Source: Desulfurobacteriaceae bacterium (lineage in GTDB: Bacteria; Aquificota; Aquificia; Desulfurobacteriales; Desulfurobacteriaceae). Taken from it: a stretch of 64,000 nt of DNA. This document shows, one piece after another, positions 1-9,416 of this stretch. The stretch is taken from positions 90,050 to 154,049 of the forward strand of contig JAMORC010000005.1 in assembly GCA_027063785.1 (NCBI GenBank), written 5' to 3'. A program made the translations under genes and the position numbers. The first letter of the stretch is position 1. The number at the start of each line of letters is the position of its first letter. The notes beneath the pieces are model-generated. The model was not told the origin of the DNA and made no database searches. It worked only from the letters and a program-made list of their open reading frames with translations.

Positions 1-50
1 AGAAGAGCGTTGATGTTCCTTCGATTGGGAGTGCGGATACTATAAACGTT

Positions 51-614
51 ATGATGGACTTTACCAAAGAGGTGGATGAACTGCCGGAAGCTGTAAAGGA
101 GCTGCTAAAGAATGATGGCAAGCTCTCGCTCCGGGAGGATGGGAATTTTCCGGTAACGGTAGATGAAAGCGCATGGGGAATTATCGTAAACGTCTGCAGG
201 GGAAGATCTATAAAAGAGATAGCTTTTTCTCTTCCGTACCCCTTTTTGGAAATTGTTCGCAGAATTGATTTTCTTATGAAGAACGGGCTGTTGGAACCTG
301 CGAAAGAGAAGGAAAGAGAGGCTGTTGTTTCTGCAAAGGCAGAAGAAAAGGAGTTTTCCTTCGTTCAGCCCGAAAAACTTGAAAAAATAAAAGAGCTTCT
401 TGTTGATACGATGGGACCGATGGGTGAATTTCTGGTGGAAGAAACCCTGGAGGAGATGGATCTATCTCAGCTTCCCGTTGACAGGATTCCCCACTTTATT
501 GAGGTTTTGGTTGATAAGATTCCGGATTCCTGCCTTATAGAAGGGGAAAGCTGTAGGGATAGAATAAGGGAACAGATAAAGACGATACTTCAAGGAGGAG
601 GAGATGTTGACTAA
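51..614 (+). CDS. hypothetical acidic cytoplasmic protein (187 aa); its last 11 nt overlap the start of the downstream heme-sensor/HAMP gene
   Basis: ORF with ATG at 51. No TM segments or family motifs recognisable by eye. Overlaps ATG of next gene at 604 (translational coupling). Confidence 0.5.
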   Translation: MMDFTKEVDELPEAVKELLKNDGKLSLREDGNFPVTVDESAWGIIVNVCRGRSIKEIAFSLPYPFLEIVRRIDFLMKNGLLEPAKEKEREAVVSAKAEEKEFSFVQPEKLEKIKELLVDTMGPMGEFLVEETLEEMDLSQLPVDRIPHFIEVLVDKIPDSCLIEGESCRDRIREQIKTILQGGGDVD

Positions 615-1584
615 AAACCTCAGTATTACCCAGAAAGTCTTCATCGTATTTGCCGTCGTAGTTCTGCTTGCGACCTTTTCTTTCATTCACCTTCTCCAGA
701 AAACTTACGAAACTGCCTTAGTTGCGCAGGGAAGGAGTATAGCCCAGCAGATTCTCATCTTCAGGAAGTGGGCGGCAGGATTTGGCGGTGTGTGGACAAA
801 GGACAAGTTCACTCCCGGCATCGGATACCTTATGGAGGTGACGGCAAATAACGCTACGGCTAAGGCTTACAGTACCGGGGAAGTTTTGTCTAACTTTGAC
901 GAGATACACTTCTACCTTCACAATCCGGCCCTTGCTACCAGGGAGCTTTCGAACCTCTCAAGCCTTTCTTACGGCTGGAGCTTCAAGGTAGTTTCTGATA
1001 GGTACATGGCAAAGGAGGATAAGCCCGATAAGTGGGAAGAAGTTGCCATCAAGAAAATAAAGAAAACGGCAAAAACGAAGGATGAGTTCTGGAGCTGGGA
1101 CGGAGATAAGTTCCGCTTTGCAAAGGCAATCTTTGTAAAGAGGGCCTGCCTTAAGTGTCACGGCACAAGGGATCAGATTCCCGATTCCATTTACAAGGCA
1201 CTTGTGGCGAAATACGGTGAAACGGCAGTTCAGAGGGCCATTAACTATAAAGAGGGAGACCTTAGGGGAATTATAAGCGTAACGATAATCCCTCCGGGAG
1301 TCCTGGCAACGGCTGTGAAACTGATTGATATCTGGAATATAGGTGCCCTCCTCCTTGCTGTTTTGATCTTCTGGTTCTTTACCAAGAAAGAAATTACTGA
1401 ACCCATTGAAAGGCTTACAAAGGCCGCTCATGACATCAGTCTCGGTAAGCTTGATGTAGACTTGGGCGTCAGGGGACTTAAAGAAGAAAGCATTAAGGAT
1501 GAGATTACAAAGCTGGCAATAGCAATTGACAGGCTGAGGGCCAGCATTCAGATTGCTATGGACAGGTTAAGGAAGAAAAAGTAA
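604..1584 (+). CDS. membrane signal-transduction protein: N-terminal TM, periplasmic DUF3365/Tll0287-like c-type heme sensor domain (single CLKCH), second TM, HAMP domain, then the protein ends (no output domain)
   Basis: RBS GGAGGAGGAG before ATG 604. Hydrophobic N-terminus (FIVFAVVVLLATFSFIHLL). CxxCH motif ACLKCHG. Second hydrophobic stretch (IGALLLAVLIFWFF) followed by an amphipathic HAMP-like segment (PIERLTKAAHDISLGKLDVDL...). Confidence 0.6.
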   Translation: MLTKNLSITQKVFIVFAVVVLLATFSFIHLLQKTYETALVAQGRSIAQQILIFRKWAAGFGGVWTKDKFTPGIGYLMEVTANNATAKAYSTGEVLSNFDEIHFYLHNPALATRELSNLSSLSYGWSFKVVSDRYMAKEDKPDKWEEVAIKKIKKTAKTKDEFWSWDGDKFRFAKAIFVKRACLKCHGTRDQIPDSIYKALVAKYGETAVQRAINYKEGDLRGIISVTIIPPGVLATAVKLIDIWNIGALLLAVLIFWFFTKKEITEPIERLTKAAHDISLGKLDVDLGVRGLKEESIKDEITKLAIAIDRLRASIQIAMDRLRKKK

Positions 1585-1610
1585 TCGATTTTTGATTGAT
1601 AGTCTTTATT

Positions 1611-1640
1611 AGGGGCCACCTTCGGGTGGCTCTTTTATTT
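1611..1640 (+). terminator. rho-independent terminator after the HAMP gene
   Basis: AGGGGCCACC-TTCG-GGTGGCTCT hairpin followed by TTTTATTTT. Confidence 0.8.
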
Positions 1641-1651
1641 TGGAGGATTTG

Positions 1652-2224
1652 ATGTTGCCCTTTGTTGAGGAGAGAAAGGAGCTGATAAGGATCGGAAGGA
1701 TAGTCTTTGAAGCCGGTTTGACCGATACTCATGGAGGGAACATTAGCTGTAGGGTTGGCGACTACATCGTTATAAAGCGTTCCGGAAAGATGTTGGGCTA
1801 TTTGAAGGAGGAGGATTTTGTCGTTACGACTCTTGATGAGAATGATAGATTCGATCGTTATGCTTCTGTAGAGCTGAAAGTTCACAGAAGCATTTACAGG
1901 AAGTTACCCCACATAAGTGTCGTTCTTCACGCCCATTCTCCTTTTGCAGTGGCCTGTTCTTTACTTTCCGAGACGATTCTGCCCCTTGATTCTGAGGGAA
2001 GATTGCTTCTTGGAGAAGTTCCCGTTCTTTCTGCCGAGAAAGTTGTTTCTTCTGAAGAAGTGGCAGAGAAGATGCCGGAACTTTTGAAGGAATCCAAAGC
2101 TGTTGTAGTTAAAGGTCACGGCCCCTTTACCGTTGGCAGAACACCCGAGGAGGCTCTGGCATACCTTTCGGCCCTTGAGAACTCCTGTAAAATAATTTCA
2201 GTTTACCGTCGCTTAAAGGAGTAG
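1652..2224 (+). CDS. class II aldolase/adducin-family protein (L-fuculose-phosphate aldolase / methylthioribulose-1-P dehydratase-like)
   Basis: GGAGGA RBS 4-5 nt before ATG 1652 (the listed ORF start 1640 is an in-frame TTG inside the terminator tail). Motifs HGGNIS and HAHSPFA typical of class II aldolases. Confidence 0.8.
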   Translation: MLPFVEERKELIRIGRIVFEAGLTDTHGGNISCRVGDYIVIKRSGKMLGYLKEEDFVVTTLDENDRFDRYASVELKVHRSIYRKLPHISVVLHAHSPFAVACSLLSETILPLDSEGRLLLGEVPVLSAEKVVSSEEVAEKMPELLKESKAVVVKGHGPFTVGRTPEEALAYLSALENSCKIISVYRRLKE

Positions 2225-2227
2225 TAA

Positions 2228-3094
2228 ATGGAGTGGGAATTTAGGGAAATCTGTATATTCGGCCTCGGCCTCATCGGAGGTTCTTTTGCCCTGAACCTGA
2301 AGCTGAAAGGGTATCCCGGCAGGATAACGGCCGTTGACATTGATCCATCGGCTATTGAAAAAGGAATTGAAATGGAACTTGTGGACGGCGGTAGCATTAA
2401 ACCTTCTCTCGTCGAATCGGCCGACCTTGTCGTTATTGCGACGCCCGTGGGAGTTTATGAAAAAGTTATAGAGGGTTTTAAGCCGTACCTTTCTGAGGGG
2501 ACTGTTGTAACTGATCTTGGAAGCGTAAAAGGCAGTCTTGTGTACAGGTGTGAGGAACTCCTTTCCGGTAAAGCTCCTTTTGTCGGCGGACATCCGATTG
2601 CAGGCACGGAGAAATCGGGAGTTGAGAACGCTGTGGAGAATCTCTTTGACGGGGCTAAGTTTATAGTTACTCCGACGGAGAGGACGGATAGGGTTGCCCT
2701 GGAAAGGGTAAAGGGGCTTTGGAAAAGGCTCGGTTCCGAAGTGATAGAGATGGATCCGTTCCACCACGATAGGGTTTTCGCCGCAGTCAGTCACCTGCCC
2801 CACGTTGTGGCTTACTCCATCGTTGATGCAATTTCTAATCTATCCCTTTCACTGGGGACAGATCTGTTTAAATTCACCGGAGGAGGATTCAGGGACTTTA
2901 CGAGAATTGCTATGAGTGATCCTGTTATGTGGAGGGACATCTGCATAGAGAACAGAGAGAATATACTGTCCTCCCTCAGAGAATTTAAGCGCTCTATTGA
3001 AAGGATGGAGGAGCTTATAAAGACTGCTGATGGCGAGGGACTCAAAGAGTTCTTTGAGAAGACGAGGGAGAAGCGCAGGGTGATTGAGAAGTGA
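2228..3094 (+). CDS. tyrA: prephenate dehydrogenase
   Basis: N-terminal Rossmann motif IFGLGLIGGSFA. Conserved GGHPIAGTE and C-terminal PDH dimerisation region. Confidence 0.85.
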   Translation: MEWEFREICIFGLGLIGGSFALNLKLKGYPGRITAVDIDPSAIEKGIEMELVDGGSIKPSLVESADLVVIATPVGVYEKVIEGFKPYLSEGTVVTDLGSVKGSLVYRCEELLSGKAPFVGGHPIAGTEKSGVENAVENLFDGAKFIVTPTERTDRVALERVKGLWKRLGSEVIEMDPFHHDRVFAAVSHLPHVVAYSIVDAISNLSLSLGTDLFKFTGGGFRDFTRIAMSDPVMWRDICIENRENILSSLREFKRSIERMEELIKTADGEGLKEFFEKTREKRRVIEK

Positions 3095-5577
3095 CGAGTT
3101 TCTACGGGGAGTTTGAAGGACTGTTATCGGATAAAAAGTTCTTCGTAACGAGGCAGTTTACTACTGCCTTCGAGCTTTGGGCGGTTCAGAACTCGGAGGT
3201 TCCTATTAGCTATTCCTTTTGCGGAACGCTTCAAAGCCTTGCCCTTGAGCTTCTTGAAAATAACCTCAAAAAGAGGCGAATTCTTTCCGACCAGGAAAGG
3301 CTCCTCCTGATTAAAGGAGTTATTCCTGAGGATGTTCACCTCAGGTATGCTGAGCTTGTTGACAAGAGGATAAGGCAGTTTAAGCAGTCGGGCGTAAGTC
3401 TTGAGGAAATTGAATTCCTTTCAAGGAGGCTTACTTCCGAGAGAAGCAGGCGAAAGATAAGCGAAGCCCTTGAAGTTTTGAAAAGGTATTCTTCTCTTCT
3501 TTTTGGCACTTCCGGCAGGGATTTGATAGATGTTGTACTTGAAGCTGTACCTTTGAGGGATGAGAGGAAAGTAATTCTTCCGGTTCCAATAACCCTGCTT
3601 CCTTTTGAGAGGCAGTTCCTTAAGGAAAGGAATACTGCAATTTACCTGTTTAAGGCTGAAGGAACTTTCTTTTCCGAACTTCAAAGTTCGAGCATTGAGG
3701 AGCGTGAAGGTTATCGCATAAGAGAACTTGAAAAAAATCCGCTGTCTGAGGTTCTTGACTTTAACTTTTACGGGAGAGTAAGCACTTTTACAGAGATTAA
3801 AGTAGTTCCCTTTTCTTCGGAAAGCGGCCGGGTGAGTTTCATCGTAAACTCTGTTCTTGATCTTCTCTCGAAAGGTCTTTCTCCCCATGAAATTGCTGTG
3901 GTCGGAGATGATATTGAGGAGAAGCTCCCCCAGCTCTACGAGGCTTTTAAGGAATACAAAATTCCCTTCAACTTTCAAAAAGGAGGAATTCCGGTAACTG
4001 CAGCTCCTGCCGTAAAACGCGTTCTTAACCGAAACAGGAATAAAAAGCTGAGCCTTAAAGAGTGGCTTGAAGAGATACTCCGAGTTCACTCCGGGCTTAC
4101 GGACACCGAAAACGGCAACGAGGTGGGTAATCAGCTTTACAAGCTACTTTCGGAAGTTGAGGGTCTTGAGAGGTTGGGAGTAGTCGGGAAAGGCAGGCTT
4201 TCACGGAGAGAAATTCTCGACTTCCTTAGAAACCGTTTCTTCCTTGTGGAAGATAACGAGCCCTTCGGAGTTCACGTCTGTTCTCCCGAATCTGCAGTAA
4301 CGCTTTTCCCGAAGGCGATTGTCTTTGATAACTTGTCGGAAGGCATTTATCCGAGGTCTTTCCCGAAGGATCCTGATTTTACCTGGAAGGAAAAGGAGGA
4401 GATTAACCGTATTCTGGGAAGGGAGAAGCCGGCACTTCAGGTCTTCCCTTTGAGAAAGACGCTGATATCTTACGACTTCCTTACCTTTTTCAACTTGCTT
4501 TCGTTAAGGCTTGACTACTTCTACGCAAGCTACAACGTTAACAGGGGAGAATCCCTTTTCGTAAGGTTTCTGAGGGAGAAAGCCCCCGTTACTATATCTG
4601 AAGAGCCTATAACAAGGGATTCCTACGTGGCCTACCTTTCCATGAAGGGCCTTGAGACCGAGTTTGGGAATAACAGGGAGAAGCGGGTTTACCAGGGGGT
4701 AAGGAGCTGGAAGCTGAAGGGAAGCAATCCCGAGTATAACTTCTTTATTAAGAAAGATGTTGTCAGGAAGTACCTTAAGGTTATTACTCCCAGCAATATT
4801 ATCGAATACCTGAACTGTCCGGCTTCGGCTTTCTTTTCCGTCTTTTTCAAGCCTGAGAGGAAGCCCCTCTTTGACCAGATTGAGGGAACTATATACCATA
4901 AAGCCCTTGAGCTGCTGTTTTCCGGAGAAGAGGATGTAAGAGAAGCTGTTCAGAAGGCAAAGGAGGAGGTTCTGAAAGATGTTTGTGATCCTGTAGTTGG
5001 GGATTTTGTAAAGATAGCCACCGATCACATTGTTGATAACCTTGAGAAGTTCTGGTTAAGGTTTAAAGGCCTTGACATATCGAAGTTTCCGAAAAAGACG
5101 GAAGAAGAGATTTCCTATAGACTGTCTGACTTAGAAGTCAGGGGAAGGGCTGACCTTGTTATTTTTAAAGAGGATGAGATCTGGATAGTTGATTTTAAGA
5201 CGGGAAGCCTTGAGAAGATGACTTCATCTGACCCGAGAACCCTTCAGCTCCTGCTCTACTACTTGAGTATCAGGAATAGGGGTAAAAGCAGGCTTATCTA
5301 CATGAGTATAACGAAGGCAAAGACGGCGAAGTCCAGGAGTGAATGGGTGAGGGAAATTCCTCCTTCGGTTGAGCTTCTGAATAGGATTAAAGTGGTAATA
5401 GGCCTTATGAAGGAGGGATGCTTTATCCCTCACGAGCCTGTTATTAAGTTTGACGGCGACTTTGTAAGGGTAACGTTCCGCAGGAATCCCTGCTACGGCG
5501 ATTATCAGCTTAATCGAGAGACACTTGAAAGAATTGAGAGTGGGCTAGTTAAGAAAGTTAAAAGGAGGAAAGCGTGA
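3091..5577 (+). CDS. PD-(D/E)XK (RecB-family) nuclease-domain protein with a large N-terminal helicase-like region lacking Walker A (AddB-like architecture)
   Basis: GTG start overlaps tyrA stop (GTGA). C-terminal motifs GRADLVIFKEDEIWIVDFKTG and LQLLLYYL (QhxxY) typical of RecB-family nucleases. No GxxxxGK[ST] seen. Confidence 0.6.
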   Translation: MTSFYGEFEGLLSDKKFFVTRQFTTAFELWAVQNSEVPISYSFCGTLQSLALELLENNLKKRRILSDQERLLLIKGVIPEDVHLRYAELVDKRIRQFKQSGVSLEEIEFLSRRLTSERSRRKISEALEVLKRYSSLLFGTSGRDLIDVVLEAVPLRDERKVILPVPITLLPFERQFLKERNTAIYLFKAEGTFFSELQSSSIEEREGYRIRELEKNPLSEVLDFNFYGRVSTFTEIKVVPFSSESGRVSFIVNSVLDLLSKGLSPHEIAVVGDDIEEKLPQLYEAFKEYKIPFNFQKGGIPVTAAPAVKRVLNRNRNKKLSLKEWLEEILRVHSGLTDTENGNEVGNQLYKLLSEVEGLERLGVVGKGRLSRREILDFLRNRFFLVEDNEPFGVHVCSPESAVTLFPKAIVFDNLSEGIYPRSFPKDPDFTWKEKEEINRILGREKPALQVFPLRKTLISYDFLTFFNLLSLRLDYFYASYNVNRGESLFVRFLREKAPVTISEEPITRDSYVAYLSMKGLETEFGNNREKRVYQGVRSWKLKGSNPEYNFFIKKDVVRKYLKVITPSNIIEYLNCPASAFFSVFFKPERKPLFDQIEGTIYHKALELLFSGEEDVREAVQKAKEEVLKDVCDPVVGDFVKIATDHIVDNLEKFWLRFKGLDISKFPKKTEEEISYRLSDLEVRGRADLVIFKEDEIWIVDFKTGSLEKMTSSDPRTLQLLLYYLSIRNRGKSRLIYMSITKAKTAKSRSEWVREIPPSVELLNRIKVVIGLMKEGCFIPHEPVIKFDGDFVRVTFRRNPCYGDYQLNRETLERIESGLVKKVKRRKA

Positions 5578-6827
5578 AGGAGCTGTTTCCCTTTATCGGG
5601 TACGAATCCGGAGAACTTTTGGTGGAGGAAGTTCCGGTAAAACGCCTTGTTCAGGAGCTGGGAACTCCCCTTTACGTTTACAGCAGAAAAGCCTTGGAGT
5701 TCTGGTTTCGGGAATTCGATGATGCTTTTTCCGATGTGGAACACCTGACCTGTTTTGCCGTAAAGGCAAACTCGAACGTAAATATCCTCAAGCTACTGAA
5801 AGACCTGGGTGCCGGAGCTGACACGGTATCTATGGGAGAGATATTCAGGGCATTAACGGCGGGGATTCCTCCGGAAAAGATTGTTTTTGCCGGCGTCGGA
5901 AAGAGAAAGGAAGAGGTGGAGTACGCCCTTGAGAGGGGCATACTTATGTTCAACGTTGAGTCTGAAGGAGAGTTGGAGCTTATAGAGAGTGTGGCTTCGA
6001 GGTTGGGGGTGGAAGCTCCCGTGGCAGTGCGGGTAAATCCCGATGTTGATCCTAAGACGCATCCTTACATTTCTACGGGGCTTAAGGCAGCCAAGTTCGG
6101 AGTAACCCTTGAAGAGGCCGAAAGGCTTTACCTCTTTGCAAAGGAGAGTAAGTACCTCAGACCTGTGGGTGTTCACTTCCACATAGGTTCTCAGATTACC
6201 GATGTTTCTGCCTTTGGAGAAGCGGCAGGGAAAGTTTCGGAGCTTGTGAAAGTTCTCCGGGATCGGGGCGTGGAGCTTGAGTTCTTTGATGCCGGCGGGG
6301 GACTTGGCATTAACTACCACCCCGAGGAAGAGGTAGTTCCGGCAGAAAGGCTTGCCCGGGAGCTGATTCCGATAGTTAAAGAGCTTGGTTTAAAGCTGAT
6401 CCTCGAACCCGGAAGGAGAGTTACGGGGAATGCCGGCCTTCTCCTGACGGAAGTTCTATACGTGAAAGAGAGGGGAGATAAGACTTTCTACGTAGTTGAT
6501 GCCGGAATGAACGACATTGCAAGGCCTGCCCTCTACGGAGCCTACCATCACGTTGTTCCGGTTGTCGGGAGAGAAGGGAAGAAAAGAAGGGTGGATGTAG
6601 TAGGTCCCATATGTGAGACCGGTGATATCATCGCCAGGGATAGAGAGCTTCCAGAAGTGAAGCCGGGAGATTACCTGGCCGTTCTCAGCGCCGGAGCCTA
6701 TGGGTTTTCCATGTCTTCAAACTACAACTCAAGGCCCAGACCGGCCGAGGTACTCGTTGACGGTGCGTCATACAGGGTTATAAGGCAGAGGGAGAGCTTA
6801 GCAGATCTCATCAGCAGAGAGTTCTGA
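5574..6827 (+). CDS. lysA: diaminopimelate decarboxylase
   Basis: PLP fold-III decarboxylase motifs (CFAVKANSN, HFHIGSQ, EPGR). 417 aa. GTG start overlapping the previous stop. Confidence 0.85.
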   Translation: MKELFPFIGYESGELLVEEVPVKRLVQELGTPLYVYSRKALEFWFREFDDAFSDVEHLTCFAVKANSNVNILKLLKDLGAGADTVSMGEIFRALTAGIPPEKIVFAGVGKRKEEVEYALERGILMFNVESEGELELIESVASRLGVEAPVAVRVNPDVDPKTHPYISTGLKAAKFGVTLEEAERLYLFAKESKYLRPVGVHFHIGSQITDVSAFGEAAGKVSELVKVLRDRGVELEFFDAGGGLGINYHPEEEVVPAERLARELIPIVKELGLKLILEPGRRVTGNAGLLLTEVLYVKERGDKTFYVVDAGMNDIARPALYGAYHHVVPVVGREGKKRRVDVVGPICETGDIIARDRELPEVKPGDYLAVLSAGAYGFSMSSNYNSRPRPAEVLVDGASYRVIRQRESLADLISREF

Positions 6828-6845
6828 AGCTCTCCCTTTTTGAGT

Positions 6846-7079
6846 TTATCTGCCCCAGCAAAACCAACCGCGGCCTTTACCCCATCCTCTTCCGCAGCCT
6901 CTTCCGTAACCTCTCCAACCCCGGCCGTATCCTCTGCCTGCTCCGGGGCGGTCAACCCTTACTATGTTTTCGCTTCCGCACTTGGGACACTTAAGCATCC
7001 ATCTGGGTTTTCCGAATGGTTCTTCGAACTCGTTGCCACAGTCGAGGCACTGAAACTTCCTTTTTGGTATTACTTCCAT
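6846..7079 (-). CDS. small zinc-ribbon protein (2x CxxC) with a C-terminal Gly/Arg/Trp-rich RGG-like tail
   Basis: RBS AGGGGGT 7 nt before ATG. CLDCG...CPKCG zinc ribbon. Tail GRGYGRGWRGYGRGCGRGWGKGRGW. Confidence 0.6.
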   Translation of the reverse strand: MEVIPKRKFQCLDCGNEFEEPFGKPRWMLKCPKCGSENIVRVDRPGAGRGYGRGWRGYGRGCGRGWGKGRGWFCWGR

Positions 7080-7196
7080 TGTTAGTACCCCCTAATAAGG
7101 TTCTGACTTAAATTTAGGTTCTCGGCTTTCCGGGAGCAAGTTGTTATCCCGGGAATTGAATTTTGCATAATTAGGTTAGCGTTTTTTTGGGAGTGT

Positions 7197-8342
7197 TTGT
7201 TGAAGCTTCAAACGGAAAGTTTAATAGTCAGTATCCTGATAATACTTGCAGGTGTCGGCGCTTTAGAGATAGGTTTTTCTTCTTCCATATTTGAGATACT
7301 TGCAGGTGTTTTCGCCTCGAACTTCCTGGAACTTGGCGAGCTCAGCTGGATCGATTTCCTGTCAAACCTCGGCCTCCTGGGGCTTATGTTCTTTGCCGGC
7401 CTTGAGACCGATCCTGAACTCATGAGGAAGAACCTGCTCAAAAGTCTCTTTATAGGCTTTTCTTCCTATTTCTTTCCGCTGGTCAGTATTTTTTACTTTG
7501 CCCACTACGTTCTCCACTACCCCTTTGAGGCTTCACTCCTTATAGGAATTGCCCTATCCACGACTTCCCTTGCCCTTGTGTATCCGCTCTTAAAGGAAAA
7601 AGGCCTTCTTCAGCACTCTACGGGACAGGTTCTTCTGGCCGCAGCGATGATAGTTGATATATCGAGTATGTTGACGATGAGTTTCCTCTTTGAGGGGATA
7701 AACCTTTACAACTTTATTTTTTCCGTTGCCCTTATCCTCCTTCTCTTCAGGCTTCCCAAGTGGGGGGAGATGCTTTTTGACAGGTATGAGGGAAATCAGA
7801 TTGAGTTTAAGACCAGGTTCATAATTCTCGTTCTCGTCGCTCTCGGATTCCTGTCGGAAACTGTTCACATAAATGAGGCCGTTTTGGCTTTTACAGCAGG
7901 GATATTCTTTGCCGAGTTTTTTAGGAAGGATGAGCTTACAGAGAAAAAGGTAAGGGCAGTAATCTTCGGCTTCCTTGCTCCCTTTTTCTTCTTTAAAGCG
8001 GGTTACTCGGTCAAGCTTTCGGTTCTTTCCTGGAAGGTCGTTTTCCTTGCCCTATTCCTGGGCACTATAGCCTTTGTAACTAAATACATAGGGACAGTTT
8101 ACGCAACCTCTAACCTATTTAAGGGGGCTGTTTATAAGCTTGCCGGTCTTTTCTTCAACATGAGGCTGACCTTCGGCATAGTTGCTTCGGTATTTGGTTT
8201 GAAGTCGGGGCTGATAGACGAGGAGACTTACGTTGCCCTTTTAATTATCGTCGTTGCTACTTCCCTCGTATCGTCTATTATTTCAAATAGGATGCCCCAT
8301 GAGGCTGAGAGAGATCTTCTTGAGGACATATTTAAGATTTAG
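7197..8342 (+). CDS. cation:proton antiporter (CPA/Na+-H+ exchanger family) membrane protein
   Basis: ~11 predicted TM helices. TTG start (7197 or 7200) after GGGAG. General Na_H_Exchanger-like topology. Confidence 0.7.
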   Translation: MLKLQTESLIVSILIILAGVGALEIGFSSSIFEILAGVFASNFLELGELSWIDFLSNLGLLGLMFFAGLETDPELMRKNLLKSLFIGFSSYFFPLVSIFYFAHYVLHYPFEASLLIGIALSTTSLALVYPLLKEKGLLQHSTGQVLLAAAMIVDISSMLTMSFLFEGINLYNFIFSVALILLLFRLPKWGEMLFDRYEGNQIEFKTRFIILVLVALGFLSETVHINEAVLAFTAGIFFAEFFRKDELTEKKVRAVIFGFLAPFFFFKAGYSVKLSVLSWKVVFLALFLGTIAFVTKYIGTVYATSNLFKGAVYKLAGLFFNMRLTFGIVASVFGLKSGLIDEETYVALLIIVVATSLVSSIISNRMPHEAERDLLEDIFKI

Positions 8343-8350
8343 GAGAAGTT

Positions 8351-9415
8351 TTGAGGTTTAGGGGATCAGAGCCTTTCACTGTCGGTATTGAGCTTGAAGT
8401 TCAGATTGTTGATTCGTCTGCCTTTTACCTTGTACCCAAGTCTGAAGAGGTCTTTGCGTCTATCAGTTCTCCCCTCCTCCACAAGGAGTTCCTCCGGTCG
8501 ATGATAGAGTTTGTTTCTTCGGTTCATGACCATCCCGCTTCTGCAGTTGAAGAAGTTAAAGAGATAGCCCGCAGGGTGGTTTTGTTGGGCAGAGAGAAAG
8601 GTTTTTTTATTTCTGCTTCTGGCACTCATCCCTTTGCGGATCCTGATTCTGTAAGGGTTACCGATGATAAAAGGTACTTGAAGCTCCTTGATGAGTTTCA
8701 AGAGGTGCTGAGGAACTTCCTCATATACGGACTTCACATTCACGTCGGCTTTCCCGATGAAGTGAGCGCTGTAAATGCTTATAACGCTTTGGTTAAGTTT
8801 TCTCCCCTCTTCCTGGCTCTCTCTGCTTCATCTCCCTTCTTCAAGGGAAGGTATACCGGGCTTTATTCATATAGGAGTAAGATATTTGAGCAACTTCCGA
8901 GGGCCGGGATTCCTCAGCAGTTCGGGAGTTTTGAGGAGTTTTCCGAGCTTTTTAATCTCCTTAAAGAGACTGGAGTTGTGGAGAGTTTAAAAGATATCTG
9001 GTGGGATGTCAGGATAAGACCCGACTTTGGAACGGTTGAGCTGAGGGTTTGTGATTCTACCTCGGATTTTAACAGAATTCTGGCCCTTGTATCCCTTGCA
9101 GTAGTTGTTGGAGAGCTTTTTATGGAAGGAGGTGTTGTTCCCGAGTTTCACCAGCTTCACCTTCAGAACAAATGGTACGCCGCAAGGTACGGTCTTAACG
9201 CTCCCTTCATAGACAGGAACGGGAGGAGAAAAGTCGGTTCCGTTATTCTTTCCCTGGTTGAAAGTTACAGGAAAAGGTTTAATAGATTTTCTTCGGAGCT
9301 GAAAGTTCTCGAAAGTTACCTTTCGAAGCCTACCCATGCTGAGGTTCAATTTGCCGCTTTTTCATCTTCCGGTGATTTGAGGGAAGCTGTCAGGAGTTCC
9401 CTTTTGGAGGTTTGA
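8351..9415 (+). CDS. ybdK: carboxylate-amine ligase, glutamate-cysteine ligase family 2 (YbdK-like)
   Basis: N-terminal GIELEVQIVD motif and length are typical of the GCS2 family. Confidence 0.75.
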   Translation: MRFRGSEPFTVGIELEVQIVDSSAFYLVPKSEEVFASISSPLLHKEFLRSMIEFVSSVHDHPASAVEEVKEIARRVVLLGREKGFFISASGTHPFADPDSVRVTDDKRYLKLLDEFQEVLRNFLIYGLHIHVGFPDEVSAVNAYNALVKFSPLFLALSASSPFFKGRYTGLYSYRSKIFEQLPRAGIPQQFGSFEEFSELFNLLKETGVVESLKDIWWDVRIRPDFGTVELRVCDSTSDFNRILALVSLAVVVGELFMEGGVVPEFHQLHLQNKWYAARYGLNAPFIDRNGRRKVGSVILSLVESYRKRFNRFSSELKVLESYLSKPTHAEVQFAAFSSSGDLREAVRSSLLEV

Positions 9416-9416
9416 G

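Noticed and set aside
6828-6845. Possible terminator between convergent lysA and the zinc-ribbon gene
   Set aside because: Only a 5-bp GAGAG/CTCTC stem with a weak T-tract. Insufficient to call.
6840-7085. Plus-strand 81-aa ORF (Ala/Ser/Pro-rich)
   Set aside because: It is antisense to the zinc-ribbon/RGG gene. The GC-rich Gly/Arg codons produce Pro/Ala/Ser on the other strand. The minus-strand gene has the RBS and recognisable zinc-ribbon motifs.
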